The notes beneath the pieces are model-generated. The model was given only the letters and a program-made list of their open reading frames with translations. It did not search any database and was not told the origin of the DNA. A program made the translations under genes and the position numbers. From Lytechinus pictus (taxonomy: Eukaryota), in assembly GCF_037042905.1 (NCBI RefSeq), contig NC_087251.1:27592001-27656000 (forward strand): a stretch of DNA of 64,000 nt, read 5' to 3'. Shown here piece after piece: positions 50,169 through 64,000 of the stretch (the first letter of the stretch is position 1; each line of letters opens with the position of its first letter).

Positions 50169-51784
50169 CTTCATGTTTTCTTCCATTCCTATTTGAATTT
50201 AACACGCATCAACCCTGCTTAATGACTCCCTTTCCATGAACCACAATTAAGTGGTGAAATTAAGTAAGTTCTTCCATCGATATCACAGGCCATATATTTC
50301 ATAATAACGACTTTTCTTTGTATACATCATTCTTCCATGATATTTACATTCTTTAGAATTCGTAGTACTTTATCTACCGCAAAACTATTGTGTAGTGAAG
50401 GGCGAAGTAGAATGATTATATTCGATGTAACTTTTCAGCTCATGGACCCAATATTCTTCTTTCTATCTTTGTGCTTGTACTTTTCGGCGTCACCATGAAT
50501 GGCGTTCATCGATTCGCTTTTTTTCTTCTATCACGTGGTGCCGATGGGTAAAAAATGAAGATATATATTGCAATATAAACTATGCAAGAAACTTTATTTT
50601 CCACGGCTGCCAGGTCGCCTTTCTTTGTAAATTGGTTGGCAATTTAACGAGCCGGGCTTCATCAAATTACGCAAATCGGAAAAAGGAGGCTTCTCCCGAA
50701 TGGAGGAGCGTGTTTAAGCCGAAGTGTGTTGGTTTTAAAAGAAAAATTCATTAAGCTCAGCGAAAACTTGTCCTGGGGATGGAGCTCAGAGCGCTTTGTT
50801 ATGTTATTGGCAGTGTAGGCCATGTAACAAGACCTCGTAGAGGCCCGAAGCAGCGAAGTTGAGTAAACAAAATGAGACGGCGGGGTTGTGAGAATATAAT
50901 AACTGATTAAATACTGCCTGAGTAAATAAGGACTCAAATTTGGGGACTGGAAAGTTTGCCGATATGCTTAAAGATTTTTTTTGTACAATACAGAGACAAG
51001 AGCATGTTAGCCCTCATGTCTCAACCTCTGATTCTTTTCTTTCTGTCATCAGCATCGAACTGTCAAATATTATTTGTTTTGACACGATAATCACCTTTTA
51101 TAACCATTAAGGGTGAAAAGGGTGTGACCACTTCGTGCAGAATTAAAGACATTGGCATTCTCTTTGCTTAGTTAAGTGCATTTTTAAGTTTTCATGTCAA
51201 TATGCATTTGATCCTAATATTTTCAGAAGTTAAAGATTTTATTTATTTTATGCAAGACGTGAACATCTAAAGCGGTGAACTTCGTTGATAGCAGACAATG
51301 ATACGACCTGTCTTTATTTTCCCTGTATTCAATGCTGAGATTACTTTTGTTCATTGACCATGTTGACTGTATATGCTCTTTAGTGTGTAACAAGGCAATT
51401 TCTACTCTTTGCCAATGTCAAGATCTATATTCCATCTGAGTAATAGAATATAATTCTCAGTATTTTCACCCCCTTATTTTCTATATATTTTACTTATCAG
51501 TTGATAGTTCATTATTTTTCATATTACAATATATTATCGTTCGACGGGCTTGACCAATGAGTACTGTATTCCATCTGAGCGCAAAGCAGCCTGAATTGTC
51601 ATGTTCTCTTAGTATTACCAATGAATATTTTGATATTTCAAACCATGGTTTATTTCCCATTTAAATGGTGTGATTTTCTCTTTTAATTCTGATTTAATTT
51701 TTTTTTTAAATAATATGGGAATGGATAAGTATACAAATCTATAAATCACCGTTAGGGCTCTCCGTACCCGCAAAACGGACTTAA

Positions 51785-52714
51785 GGACGTTCCACAGTTA
51801 TGTTTGTGCGCGTTATGATCTGCGCATAGTTTACACTCTGCGCGCTGACGTCACAATGGATGAACAGGTGATTAATTAGCTGCGGGTATGTGCTGATTTT
51901 TCTCATCTTCTGCACTTTAACTGCAGATCAGATGCGTTATTTCATGAAGCTAAAAAATTGAATTATTCCATGAACCATTCAAAAAAAGATTCTCTACAAT
52001 TTCAAAATACTTTACTCTGCAGTGCTGCCAAGAATCACGAATATTACCCCGAGTTTGAATAAATGGTAGAGTGGTTTTGATTTTTTCTTCACATAGATAC
52101 AAAGCATTCGGCGCATTTTTGGTGTTTTAAAAAGCATATTTGCTCTAATAAAAATACTGATAGTTTAAAAACAAGCACATGAACCCCTATTTTTTAATGT
52201 TTGTTCCTCTTAGGTATACCTTCCTCTACAACTCTACAAATTTTGGTGAAAATGACATGGATTATGAATAAAGTGCAGCATTTATTGTACTTTTGTACTT
52301 TTGTTACTGAAATTTTTTAGATTGGGATTTTGTTATCTTTTACGCCATTTTTAAGAACTGACAGTGCTGTTAAACTTAAAATTGCAAACAAATAGCACTA
52401 TAAATATATTTTCCATTCTAACGATACAATTATTAACTCTCTTGCGAAATTTGATGACTTTTTCATGTATTTTGACTGAGTAATACAGGTTTAAACTCAT
52501 TGTAGTAATCTTGGGCGGTCTAAAAATGCCAAATTCTTTTGAATGCGCAATTCTTAAGAATATCAATTTGGGTGAACTTTGAAGTTCTATAGCAAAAAAT
52601 CAAGCACATGGACCTATGTTAATTTTTGCATATTTCGAATATTAAGGTTCTAAAGTATCTATGTGCAAAGTTTGGTGAAAATGACATGGATTTCACTTTA
52701 ACTGTGGAACGTCC
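51785..52714. mobile_element. Non-autonomous Kolobok-like DNA transposon (930 bp)
   Basis: Perfect 16-bp TIR ggacgttccacagtta / taactgtggaacgtcc, flanked by TTAA at 51781-51784 and 52715-52718. Purine-initial TIRs with TTAA fit Kolobok better than piggyBac (CCY ends). Confidence 0.9.
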
Positions 52715-55700
52715 TTAAGAGAAAAACGCGGTTAGTCCAAATCGCTCACGTCTGGTTTTCCGTGTTATTTTTATAAAGGAGAGCAGCAAATCCCACGATT
52801 TGCCAACAAAACATTGTGCTGCGACATAAAAGACTTGTTATAAATGCCGAATATGCATCTTTCATCCAATTTTGTGACGGCATGATGGATCATTATCAGT
52901 CAATAGTGAGACTGATAATACCCATTGAATATAATAGAAAGGGAATTATGCGAATAGTCTTCTGCCATACTTGTTAACCCTGTGTTGTTAAGCCTAGTTT
53001 TCCTTTTTTCTCTTTCTCATGATCATCGTAAATATGAAAACCAATCCAAGTTTTAGCATTTCCCTCAGAATTATAATTGATCTTGTTCACTTTGCAGTCC
53101 CTCGGAAAGTAAACAATATTCAGTGCATCAAATAAAACTCCTTTCAAAGTTAAATCCTGGTGGGAAAAAGGTAACTTTCATCAAAGCATTTTGCTATAAA
53201 ACATGCACATTACTGTATCGGGTATTTTACTTCAGTCGTTTTCATTGTATGTCAATCCCTTTTCATATGTTAGTGATAATGTTTTCATCGTATTAATTGT
53301 TTTATCCTGAAGTTAATTTGTACTCGTGCGAGAACAATATGGTGGTTGGCTCGACTTATAGTTATACTTATAGCACACCCAACATGCAAGTCTAAAAATA
53401 ATGTGTAATAATATTGAGGTAATAATTCAAACAGTACACTCTGTACACTTTACTTATATTTTTCACAGCTTTGCCTTCCTCACTGAGTGAGATCCTCAAA
53501 CAAAGCATAGACGATTGTTGTATTCACGTTAATGAACACCACTTTATTGGTGCCCCACTTTTTACATGCACAAAAAAAATATTCATTTCGGCCATCATAA
53601 ACTCGCGCATATTCTTTTATTCGTCTCCAATCTCTTCACCTTTCGGCCCAATTTTTAACCTATTTACTCGATATTCTTGTTTAGATATGTCTCTGAAGCC
53701 AATGTCCATCTCCTCTTTCTTCAGTCTCCTCCATCTATGCTTTAATGAACGATCATTCATCGGTTTATCTAGGCCAGTGTGTTTCGTTTCACCTCTTAAA
53801 TGCGACGTATGTTGGAGGCACCCATTTGCGCATGCAAAATGCTCTCCCTGACATTTGGTATAGTTTACATTGTGGCGGGGCAAAAGCACTGGTCGTGGAT
53901 CAATACCCCTTCTTTTAAGAACGACTAAAGATAAATACCCCCCCCCAAAAAAAAAAAAAATTTACCAAATACCGAAAGGCTTTTATAAATTTAGTTCTAT
54001 ACGCTATCTCATTTGTCATTCAGACAAACTTTCTTTCACCAAAAGAAAACTCAAAATTGAAGTAGAATTTAGGTTATGGGAATTTAGTGATGTGTGTAGC
54101 ACTGCATGAATGATACTTCAAAACACAAGTTTGATGCTGTCCTGTGCGATGGGGGGGGGGGGGACATAACATTTATTCCTAAAATATTTTGGGGGCTTTT
54201 GCGTATATTTCAGTCTTTAATATCAAACTTCATCATTGTTCCTAGTCTGTTTTATACGATCTTTTTCTGAAGTTTTTTTTATAACCATACTATTTATAGT
54301 CATAATACCTAAAGTAACACCAGTAAGAACCGGAAAGGCAGTGACTGTGGAAGTCTTGTCTCGGCCGCCCCAACCATCCTTTCCACTAACGTACAGGCTA
54401 CACCCCTGAAAGGTAACTCTCTCCCAGTCCAGCTGAATTGCTACGTCACATCATTCCAACACATGAGCTTATCTAAACCAGCGTGTCAACCATGGGCCAA
54501 ATATTAATGATCACAATTCAAACATCTTAGAGCTCTCGGCGGGAGTGTAAGCGTTTCAATGTGGGTCAAACGGCCTGTCAAACTTTCCCTTATACACGGC
54601 AGAAAGGGCAATTCAATTGCAAAGGAAAATCATCTAACTTGGATATGAATTCCCCTCAGAAACCAAATGCCAAGTGCGAATTAAGCAGATTATCCTAGAA
54701 ATTACTGGTCTACGTTGCAAACTGTGAAATAGAATACGACATTTAGCCCTTGGTTGGATAAATAGACTATGGCTTATTTAGGTTGGGAATTGTTTAATAT
54801 CGAGCTTTTAATTCCTGAATCACTTCTTGAAAATATGGCTTGCAGGGTTCGCAGTATTCTGATTTTCATGATTTTATCGGTTCCATGCACAATTAAAAGA
54901 ATTGAAAGGACTTAGGGTTTGAATATAAATTCTTGCATTAACGTAGTCTTCCACCAGTGTACCTGGAGCTTCCATTTATTACCAAGTTTTGCAGTTTAGC
55001 TGGTAAATTGGGCCATTTGCATAAAATGAATGTAAATTGCCTTAAAGCTATGCTCGAAATTTTCCAGCATCGGTTACTATACGAGTTCACCGGTTTGCTT
55101 AAGTGTCGCGTAAGAAAAGCTGCGCTTGCCTTCATTTGGCCTTATGGCCATAGGCTTTTCTCTGTTTCGGCAGCTCGTATACGTTGATTTACAGAATGGG
55201 CAAGTTAACACTGCCCAATAGTTTAAGTTTCCTTCAAGACAGAGCAGCACTATTTAGAGGCTATTAATGCAAATGTGGGACTCCTTGCAGAGAATTACTG
55301 TTATGGCAACTCTTATGTTAAAGGTAGGACATATCAATGTGTTTTTATGCATTAAACTGCAAATCAATATAAAGAATTATTAGGTAGTTACATTGGTGTA
55401 ACCATGAATACATACTCTAGGTAATGTGTTCAAGGTCTGTTAAACCTGACTTGGTTAATTACATAATACAACTTGATAAATTATTGAGATATATACACTT
55501 CCATGCATTAGAACAAATCTGATAATTGAGAGTGTGAACACTCAATCTTTCATATTTATAATTGCTACCGGCTGAGATATATGCTAACAACATCAATCTC
55601 TTCATAAAAAGACCTTTCTGACGTTGTCCAATAGATCCGATTTGTTTGCGGTATTTCAACTCGACGGCGTCTCCACTCCCGATTGAATGACGGTAAATTG

Positions 55701-58700
55701 CTCTTTTCAACCGTTTTTCTTAAAGGTATTCTTAAAGATGAAAAAATTTGAAGAAAACTGAGCGCTAGGTAGATTGAAGACCCTTCACAATAGAAAGGAA
55801 AAAATGGGCCAGTTTACAATATCATTCCGCGCTCCATCTCCTCGTGGGTATCGTGTTCTGTTGGCATGGCAACCATATTTGAACAAAGTGATGCTCGTTC
55901 GGATTCTTCTTCGATGTTGGCACGTACTCGTGCTTGCTCTTTTCTATTCTTCCATCTCTTCTTTTAAATTTGAATCGCCATATCCAGAAGCTGCGCATTG
56001 TACAGGTTGAATTGGCGTACGCCCCTCCGCATATCAAACGCGTTATATCTTTACCACTTTGGTGGGGATATAGAGTTGCAATGGCACGAGAATCTAGGTT
56101 AAAAGGCTGGGAGAGTTTAAAACTTGTATACAATTCCATGCAATGAAGATGAAACATCTGCAGATGAAGCTGAAGTGCACATGCAGGCAGCATTATGCGG
56201 GTGTGATCTCTATCGGTCCTTTTTGCGTGATTGGTAGATAGAGAGAGAATGATAGAAAGACGGACAGAACAGCAGATAAAAGTTTTGATATCTGAAGCTT
56301 TGAAATGAAATCGGTTAGCATTTGCAATTGCTTTCACATCTAAATGGTCTAAGTATTATACATAATCTGTCAATCACCTTGTAATCTTTATATTTGTTTC
56401 TTATCATGGTTGTATTTGGAACATGCGTCTCATTTCCCTATTATTTAATGACAGAAAATATTGTTTTACTGCAGTAGTCATCATCAATATTATAGTATTC
56501 TGTATATTTCAATTAGGGCTAAGCGGAATACAGCTTTGTTTCTCAATTATGATTTAATCTGCATTTTTATTCTGCACTTATTTTTATCTCAGTTTCTATT
56601 TTCAAATTTACAGTATGATTGTTTATGTCTCCGTTGTTACTGTTGAGAAATTGGGAATGAAATTAATTAATCTTTTTGCAGACAGCAAAACATTCGTAGA
56701 CAGAATTAGATATACATGGGCATGATTGCCTGTTTTTATTAGACAGAAAGTAATAGAAAGGTTTCATAAGTGTTTTAAGATCAACAATGTCCAGATGAAT
56801 GTTAGATGAATAGTGAGAAAATTTCGAGTCTGAACAGGGAAGCGTTGCATTGAAACACCCCTCCTTAATTTTAAGATTGTCTGTGATATCAAGTCATCAG
56901 CATGATGCTACTGGGCACCCAGATAGGATAGTGCAACGGTCTTCGGTTACTCACCATCGATAAAAGCAAAACACCGATATTGTTTACAATCTGGAGCCAA
57001 AACAATCAGCAATGGTATTGTCTGAATCATTTTCCCCCTTGCACCACTCAAAGCAATATTTGATTATTCTTTATTCCGTTAACCTGCAGCTCAAATTCTA
57101 TCCAGATACTGAAAATACGATCCGCCAATGTTGCGCTCAAACACAGATGTACTTGATTATGCAAGGCACGAAATTAGTCGGAATATATGAAGCATTTCAT
57201 TGACGTATGGATTGCCAAAACGGGTAACGAATATGATCTCGTTATGTCAAGAGTCTCATAAAAGTGTCAATTCAGCAGCAAAATGTGAATCGCTGAATTT
57301 ATTATCGAGCTTTATGATATTGTTGATGAAATGAACGTGTTTTCAAAGCAAATTCGTGATTTCATATGCATAAGAGGATTTCTCGTATATGTTAGGGTTA
57401 GCTGTTCCCTGCATGATCCACGTGATTGTGATTATGAAACAAAGTGAGATTAAATATTCATATCTAATATCGAAAGTAATACAATGAGGAAGTAGTATTT
57501 GATGTCATTGCAGATGTTACTGAAATATTGAAAATGATTTATAATTCTCTCGTAGACCGTCGTGAAAGAATCTACATGACATATTTCTTGTTCATTTAAA
57601 TACAAAACAAAGGAATATTTCACATAAATTCTACACCAATATAACGTGAAAGATTCGCAAAAGAGAAATGTTTTTCATAAAACCATATATTTTTCATCTC
57701 TCATACAACCTGCCTATGGAGAAAATTACCCCAACTTTCTTTTCTAATCAAATATTGATTAAAATATATGGGGACACCCCTTACTCTTAAAACGTGACAT
57801 GTCAATGGCTATATGAAATCCCATGGCGGGTAGATCAATACAGTCATCTTGAATCAACAAAGCAACATTGTTCAGTAATAGTGGCAGATACATGAACACT
57901 GTCCCACCTTGTTTATTGCTTTGTAATTGATAATAAAACAAAATTAACCCATCCGAAATCTGGGTCATATTTGGATAATTCTTACCAAAGATGTATCAGT
58001 ATGGTTATTCTTCTTGATAAGCCTACGTAGTCATGGTATTTCTTCAATAGTTTCCGTGATAGGTCCTCTGAAATTCTGAGAACTGCTGTACAGATTGACT
58101 TTGTGGACCACGTTTTCATTTTATCATGGTTCTAAGAAATTAAATGAAATCAAATATAAAGAATAAAGCCCAAAATCTTAAAGAGAGAAATCTAACTAAA
58201 TGGCTTCATTCGGAAGACTTTTCAATTCAAGTCCAAGTTACTATTTTCCACGTTGCTTTTTCATATTGGGTTAAAGTTCAGGTGGAATCACACGGTTTCG
58301 AGGCCAAATTGATTCAGAAATCTAATCGATTTTATGTCAGAATAGAGATGAAGCCCATTTTCAATCACTTTGATTCTACATGTAGAGAAATGAAAGTGTA
58401 CTTTGGTTGTCGAAAGATAAACGACAGAAACACACACACACAAACAAACAACAAACCAACAACGAGAAAGATATAAGAATCTGGTGACACTAACTTTCGT
58501 TGAATTTTTTTAAGTGCGTAGTGTGTTTACAGGGTGGAACTTCGATATCTTCAACCTTTGCTGAAATAAAACCTTCTTTAAAGCAGATATCGAGAAGATA
58601 AGAACAGTGATACTCTGTAAACAACTGAACATTAGTCGGTTACTGCTGGCTATTTGTCACACTCCGTGAAGATCAGCTTTTACGTTATGAGATCTGCGAA

Positions 58701-59459
58701 GCGATAACATTGGCGGGAGGATAGGTTGTCCACTCAGAATGTTACGCTATCTCGTAATTGTACTGAAGCCAGTCTTCTCTAAAATACATTTTAGGATAGC
58801 CTGCGTAATGTCATGGTGTTTGGAGTCGGTTACATTGTAACGTAATTGTAACTAACACAGGGACGTCCTTCTTGAAAGTTGAGTATACATCAGCCAGATC
58901 TTATCCACGAATTCTAGGAAAATATAGAAACATTCACCGGTTCATTTCCTTTTAATTCTCTCTCTCTCTTCCTTCTCCCACTCCTCCGTCTTCCCTCTTC
59001 TTTTTCTTCTTTCCCTGTTCAAGGTTGAGAAAGACATGGTATCCTGGGGAAATTCAAGCGATTCATACTTAATGTGCACCTGGTCTGATCGGTAGATCAT
59101 GAGACGCATTTGCATTGGACCGTTCGATTTTCGGAGGAGACTAATTATCAATGGCCATTACTTGATACAGTGCCACCCCGATCATTTGGGTTGATACGAT
59201 ACCATCGGTACGGCTGGTTATCGATCCGCTAGCGCAGCTGAATGAGCAATCCGAAATGATAGAAGGAGGGATGGGGTCCTGAAACAGTCAAGGGAATTCA
59301 TCACTTGATGAGTTTATTCCATTATTACGAGTTTGACCATTAACTTATTTGATGATTTCAAGTTTGATGGTGAAACTGGATGCTGGTGTCCGGACTATAT
59401 TAGCACCATGCATGCGCAAACACTCGACCTGAAATGAAGTGGGTGCTGGGACTGACGTC

Positions 59460-59604
59460 ACGACGTGTTTATCCATCAGTTGTTTTATTTGTTTTATCCG
59501 ACGGGGCTGCCATTGTGACAGACCTTCTCAGCCAATCAACATCAAGGAAAGCCGTCAGATCTGACAACTTGTCAGACAGCAAATGTTGATGGAACACTCC
59601 CCAG
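59460..59604. mobile_element. Degenerate Harbinger-like MITE containing a CCAAT box
   Basis: Right end ttgatggaacactccccag, internal ctcagccaatca and palindrome tctgacaa-c-ttgtcaga. Resembles 21390-21518. Confidence 0.5.
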
Positions 59605-61746
59605 GTAATGAGTCATGTACAGATTTCCATCGGAGAAATTTCCACGGGAGGAAAAGTATGGAACCCATTTTGTCGCCTGCTGCAGGATAGTTGTTAAAGG
59701 CTAAATACAAAATAATATTTGAAGCATTTTCCCAAAAAGATTATCAATGCAAAAAAAAGAATTCTACACACCTTTCATTGCCGCAGGTTAATTTCCGATT
59801 TACCGATCTTATCGACTAGTTACCTCTGTCTTAACTTATTCACAAGTGAATATTTTCATTTTCAAGACGCTAGTTAATATCGTAATGATTTCCTTAGAAT
59901 GGATAAGATATATTTTTTCTTATCAACGCATTCGTATCAATCTTTAAACTGTGTAAAATATAGAAGAGCATTTTAGATTTTTGTGTCTATACTTTAAAAC
60001 GTTGTTCTGAAAGCAAACACTTCCGAGGAAATCAAGCACGCGACTGGTCGGACTGGATGTAATACTGAGGTCATGCAAGTGAATATAGAAAACGATCATA
60101 CATTAGGAGCAAACATTTTAATGTTTAATGTATATACGTGTGTGTTTTATCTTGAAGTGTTTGCTGATCCATCTCCAGACCTTTGCCATAATGATACCTC
60201 TAGCCTCCCAAGAAATATGAGATCTCGAGTGTGTAAGAAGCTCTTGATATGCATTTCACCGGTCGGGGTTTCAGAGACGAGATAAGGAATATATCATGTA
60301 GATTTATTAGATTAAGATTGATTCTGTTTGAGATTAATTGATATATCTGCTTGCCGCTTTTCTCGTTCGAGAGCTCTTATCCCATATAGCTTGGTTGGCA
60401 GATTCGAAAAGAGCAAAGAGATATGTTCACATTGCTTCAACTATTTCGGTATCGTATCTGATGAGAGGTAAATAAATGTTTCATTTCATAGTTTAAAACA
60501 TTTTGAGATACATCTCGTTAATATTCATTTTAATATGTTTGTTTGCGTTCATGCCTATGCAAACCTGATTTTTCATAGCATAATTTCAGCCCAAGTGCAT
60601 AAAATTATATACAGTTTTAGATTCTACCACGTCCGAAAAAGGAAGAAAGAATAGGTATCGTGGTAAAGTGTATACCAAGATGTTATACGTAATGATATTA
60701 CGCATTACACAATGTTTAGAACAGTAAACACTAATGACAAATAATCTTATAAGGGATCTATCTTATATAATTATGGCAAATGCATATTGGCGAACCAAGA
60801 GTTGCGCTCGTCTTCTAACGTCCATTGAATTTTGAACATAAATGTACCAGTTTGCAGATTTCTTTAAGAATCTTCGTCATTAGTTTCGAAAGGCTATCCC
60901 ATTTATGTTTGTGAGCATGAATCTTGGATAGCATCTCTACCATGTCTACCAAAGATGAACGACAAAAGCGAAATCATTTGTCTCCATTGTCGGATAACTT
61001 TCGAACTTATTTCATTGGTTTTACACGATACTCGTAAAAATTGCCAATTTTGAAATATATATGCTAGTCTTACTCACAGTGATCAATTTTTTTCAAACAT
61101 ATATTTTTTTCATAACTTCCATATTCCTTATCCACTTTCTTTCAAACTTCTACCATCCCGTTTCTATCATTCTTCTCCTTCCACACATTTACTTTTCTAG
61201 TAAGAGTGGATTGCCCTTTAATATGTGTACTGTGTGGTGAGGATTGGCAAGTTTGGTATGTTAAGGGTTTACATATAGTCGTAGATGTTCTCTATCCAGC
61301 AGTGAGAGACACAGTGATCGATCAAAATATCACCGGACCGTACGACATAAACACAATCCCTGGAGAAAAAATAAATGGCCGTTTGTGGAGGAAACATCGT
61401 CCATTATTGATGCCACTCAAGGGCCCTTTTTCCTCACGTTCAGATTACTCTACTTTTTTTTGCTCATCCCTAACAAATTTCATGTTTTAAAGAAAGAATT
61501 TACAGTGAACACTTATATTCCTTATACAGATGTCCGTTTTTTCATACTTGATAATGTTAACATTTAGGCCCTAATTTATTTTACTTGTCATTATTCGAAT
61601 TAATTCATGAGAAAGCGTTAGTTTACCGTTAAATGTTAAATGTATGGCCTTGTAGACTCGCTCTTTGCTATACAGCACTCATGTTTTGATTTTTTTTCAA
61701 TTCAATTCATTTCGATGATGATAATTCTTTGGAAAGTGCATACATA

Positions 61747-62047
61747 CACTGTTAGAAAATTTATCCTTAAAATAAAAGAACTTCCTGCAGCAAAGTCTCG
61801 AGAACACCTGTAATCTTACCAGATTGCGTAATCTTACATTATATCATGTAAAATTACAGGATATTGGTATTTGGTGTATGGAACCTTACAAATTTCTTTT
61901 TATAAAACACCCTTTTCCCCTTTTTAAACAGACCTGTTCTGTTAAATTGCAGAAAAATTCCTGTTTTATGAATTTGCAGAATGATTCTGTTATTGCTTTC
62001 TGCAAAATCTTCTTTTTTTTCTGTAAAATCAGTTTTTTAAAACAATG
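61747..62047. mobile_element. MITE with CACTGTTA TIR, copy 2 of the 37289 family
   Basis: Near-identical to 37289-37548, with two extra ~20-bp blocks and a mutated right end (aacaatg|ca). Confidence 0.92.
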
Positions 62048-64000
62048 CAATATTATGGCTGAACTGGTATTCAGCTCGATTATATCGCCTTTCTCAATCA
62101 TATTACATTTCATCATATTAATCAAAATCATGAATGTATGGGATAGACATAGACACATAAAAAATGCACAGCCCTATTTATAATTGGAATTTGATGGAAA
62201 ATAATGAATTATTGATTAAATGTCATAGTGAATTCTAATAATTTAATTAGAATACATCGTCACATTTAAACAGGCCTATTTAAGTACCAATCCATAATTT
62301 ATGAAATATTTAACTAAAGATTTAAAATAAAATTACATTCAAAATTAATGTATAATTCAAATTTGCAATACTATAGTAAAGAGAAAGCTTGATGAAATGG
62401 ATTGCGCGGAAAGGCATATCGATACCTAATATGAGAATGAAAAAACATTTTCATATATATTTTTGTGAACTGATAAAGAGTTATATTGCACTCTTTATCT
62501 CATATCTAACCAGTTCGTTCATTTCTATCCTAAGATTGTATTTATCATTATATACAGATTATTTGGCTCACCGTATTATATTTAATGAGGAAAAAATCAT
62601 CTTTTAAAGATTGAATCAACAAAAAATATCACTTTGAAATTTTCCCTCTCGCCAGCCAGTTTCTTATCTTGCAAACCCGAGAACTCGCACGGTGTGTTAT
62701 TCCAAACCCCTTCTTGGCTTGGGCCTTGGCAGGCGGGACGTCTACCATTCCATTTCCCTCGCTTCCGCGTGGCCCGATTTCTGGCGGGAAACCAACCCTG
62801 CAGTTCTTTAATGTTAGAGTACATCATGACCTTTATTGGATGTAAGAAATCTGATCAACTGATTACCTGTGATAGAAAGAGATACATCAGGATTCGAAAG
62901 ATGGAGATCGAGGGTAAACGATTTTTCTATAGTCTCCGCTAATCTAGGATAAACACACAACCTGATTGTGTTACCGCCACGAACACGAATTACGAGAGAG
63001 AAAGAACTGGGCCTATACCCAGTGATATTTTGGCGATGAATGTGTTTCATAATATGCCTCGAGAGTGAAATCAAGTCTTTAAAATATGAAATTTCATGCT
63101 GCACATGTTTGATTACTTTTCGATCTGATGTTTCGCGATGAAATTCGACTTTTATATTAAAGACAGTGATTTTTTAATGTGTACACGGGCGGGATGAAAT
63201 CCTATATGTTCGTATTGGTTTTGATTTTTAAAGTTGTTCCATCGAGCTTAAACTTATCGATTTGTTACCGAGTCTCTACTTTTATCAGCCGTTTTTCTAG
63301 AAATAGCTCATTAATATACTGTTCACTATAAAAATCAAGAAATTTGCTTACATGAACAATATCATCATACTCGTACCCATTCTATACAATTGCATCGCCT
63401 TCTTTGAAAAAATGAAAGTATCAAAGTGCGCCATTTCAACACTTACACAAAAATATATTCTCAGATTCAGAGTGCTATGAATTTCAAAGAATCTTCAATT
63501 ATATTTGAAAAATTTGTAAATATCCCAAGTCAAATAAAATCACTTGGGCTTTAAGATTATGCAAACGATCCACCAGACCACCTTGACAGGTTATATTTTC
63601 CTAATGAAGAGCACCGGAGCGCATCATCTTCGTTACCTGGGTATAATGTGGGAAAAGGGTTTGAGATGCATTAAAAGGAGAAAGGAAGCTCTGAAGACTG
63701 TGTAAACACCCTCTCCCGTGGGACCTGTTTTGAAAAGGCCAGCAAATAAGCTCTCTGGACCAATACCAATGTTAGAGGGCGTATGGGGTAGAAGAGTGAA
63801 GAGGGGTTGTGGTGAAGTCGGGAATGATGATGCGGACACTTAACATATTTAGATCTTAGGATTCCTGATGTTTCCGACCATATATAAGGCATTGGATTCA
63901 TCATTCTTGTTATCTCTATACAATTAAAGGAGACATCTAATTATGTCTTATATTGATTGATCTGAAGTCGACTCATAAACCCCTACTTCTACGCCCGTAA

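Noticed and set aside
53470..53889. Good + strand acceptor (ttttcacag) followed by a 126-aa ORF
   Set aside because: The translation is unrecognisable and there is no clear donor. It may be a UTR exon, but this is unsupported.
55822..56337. 171-aa minus-strand ORF
   Set aside because: Non-ATG start, no motif and no supporting splice sites.

Overview
AT-rich, gene-poor animal genomic DNA. The repeat types and the receptor suggest a marine invertebrate, probably a sea urchin or other echinoderm; this is inference and was not checked by a search. I can support only one host protein-coding gene: a two-exon, 277-aa rhodopsin-class (class A) orphan GPCR on the + strand (30715-30921 + 31602-32228). 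The rest is non-coding and rich in mobile-element remnants. These include two Helentron-associated (DINE-1/HINE-type) elements carrying internal satellite arrays (154-bp and 139-bp monomers), and a small hairpin MITE nested in one of them. There are also many MITEs (TA-flanked CAC..GTG, TTAA-flanked Kolobok-like, Harbinger-like, hAT-like), a 5'-truncated L2/Crack-type LINE, a tRNA-derived SINE and microsatellites. The most striking signal is that the two otherwise dissimilar satellite monomers share ordered sequence boxes, the first two separated by an identical 58-bp spacer. Most monomers also carry a perfect nuclear-receptor DR1 motif (AGGTCAAAGGTCA). I see no prokaryotic-type system, CRISPR array, rRNA or true tRNA gene. 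Nearly all ORFs in the supplied track look spurious.
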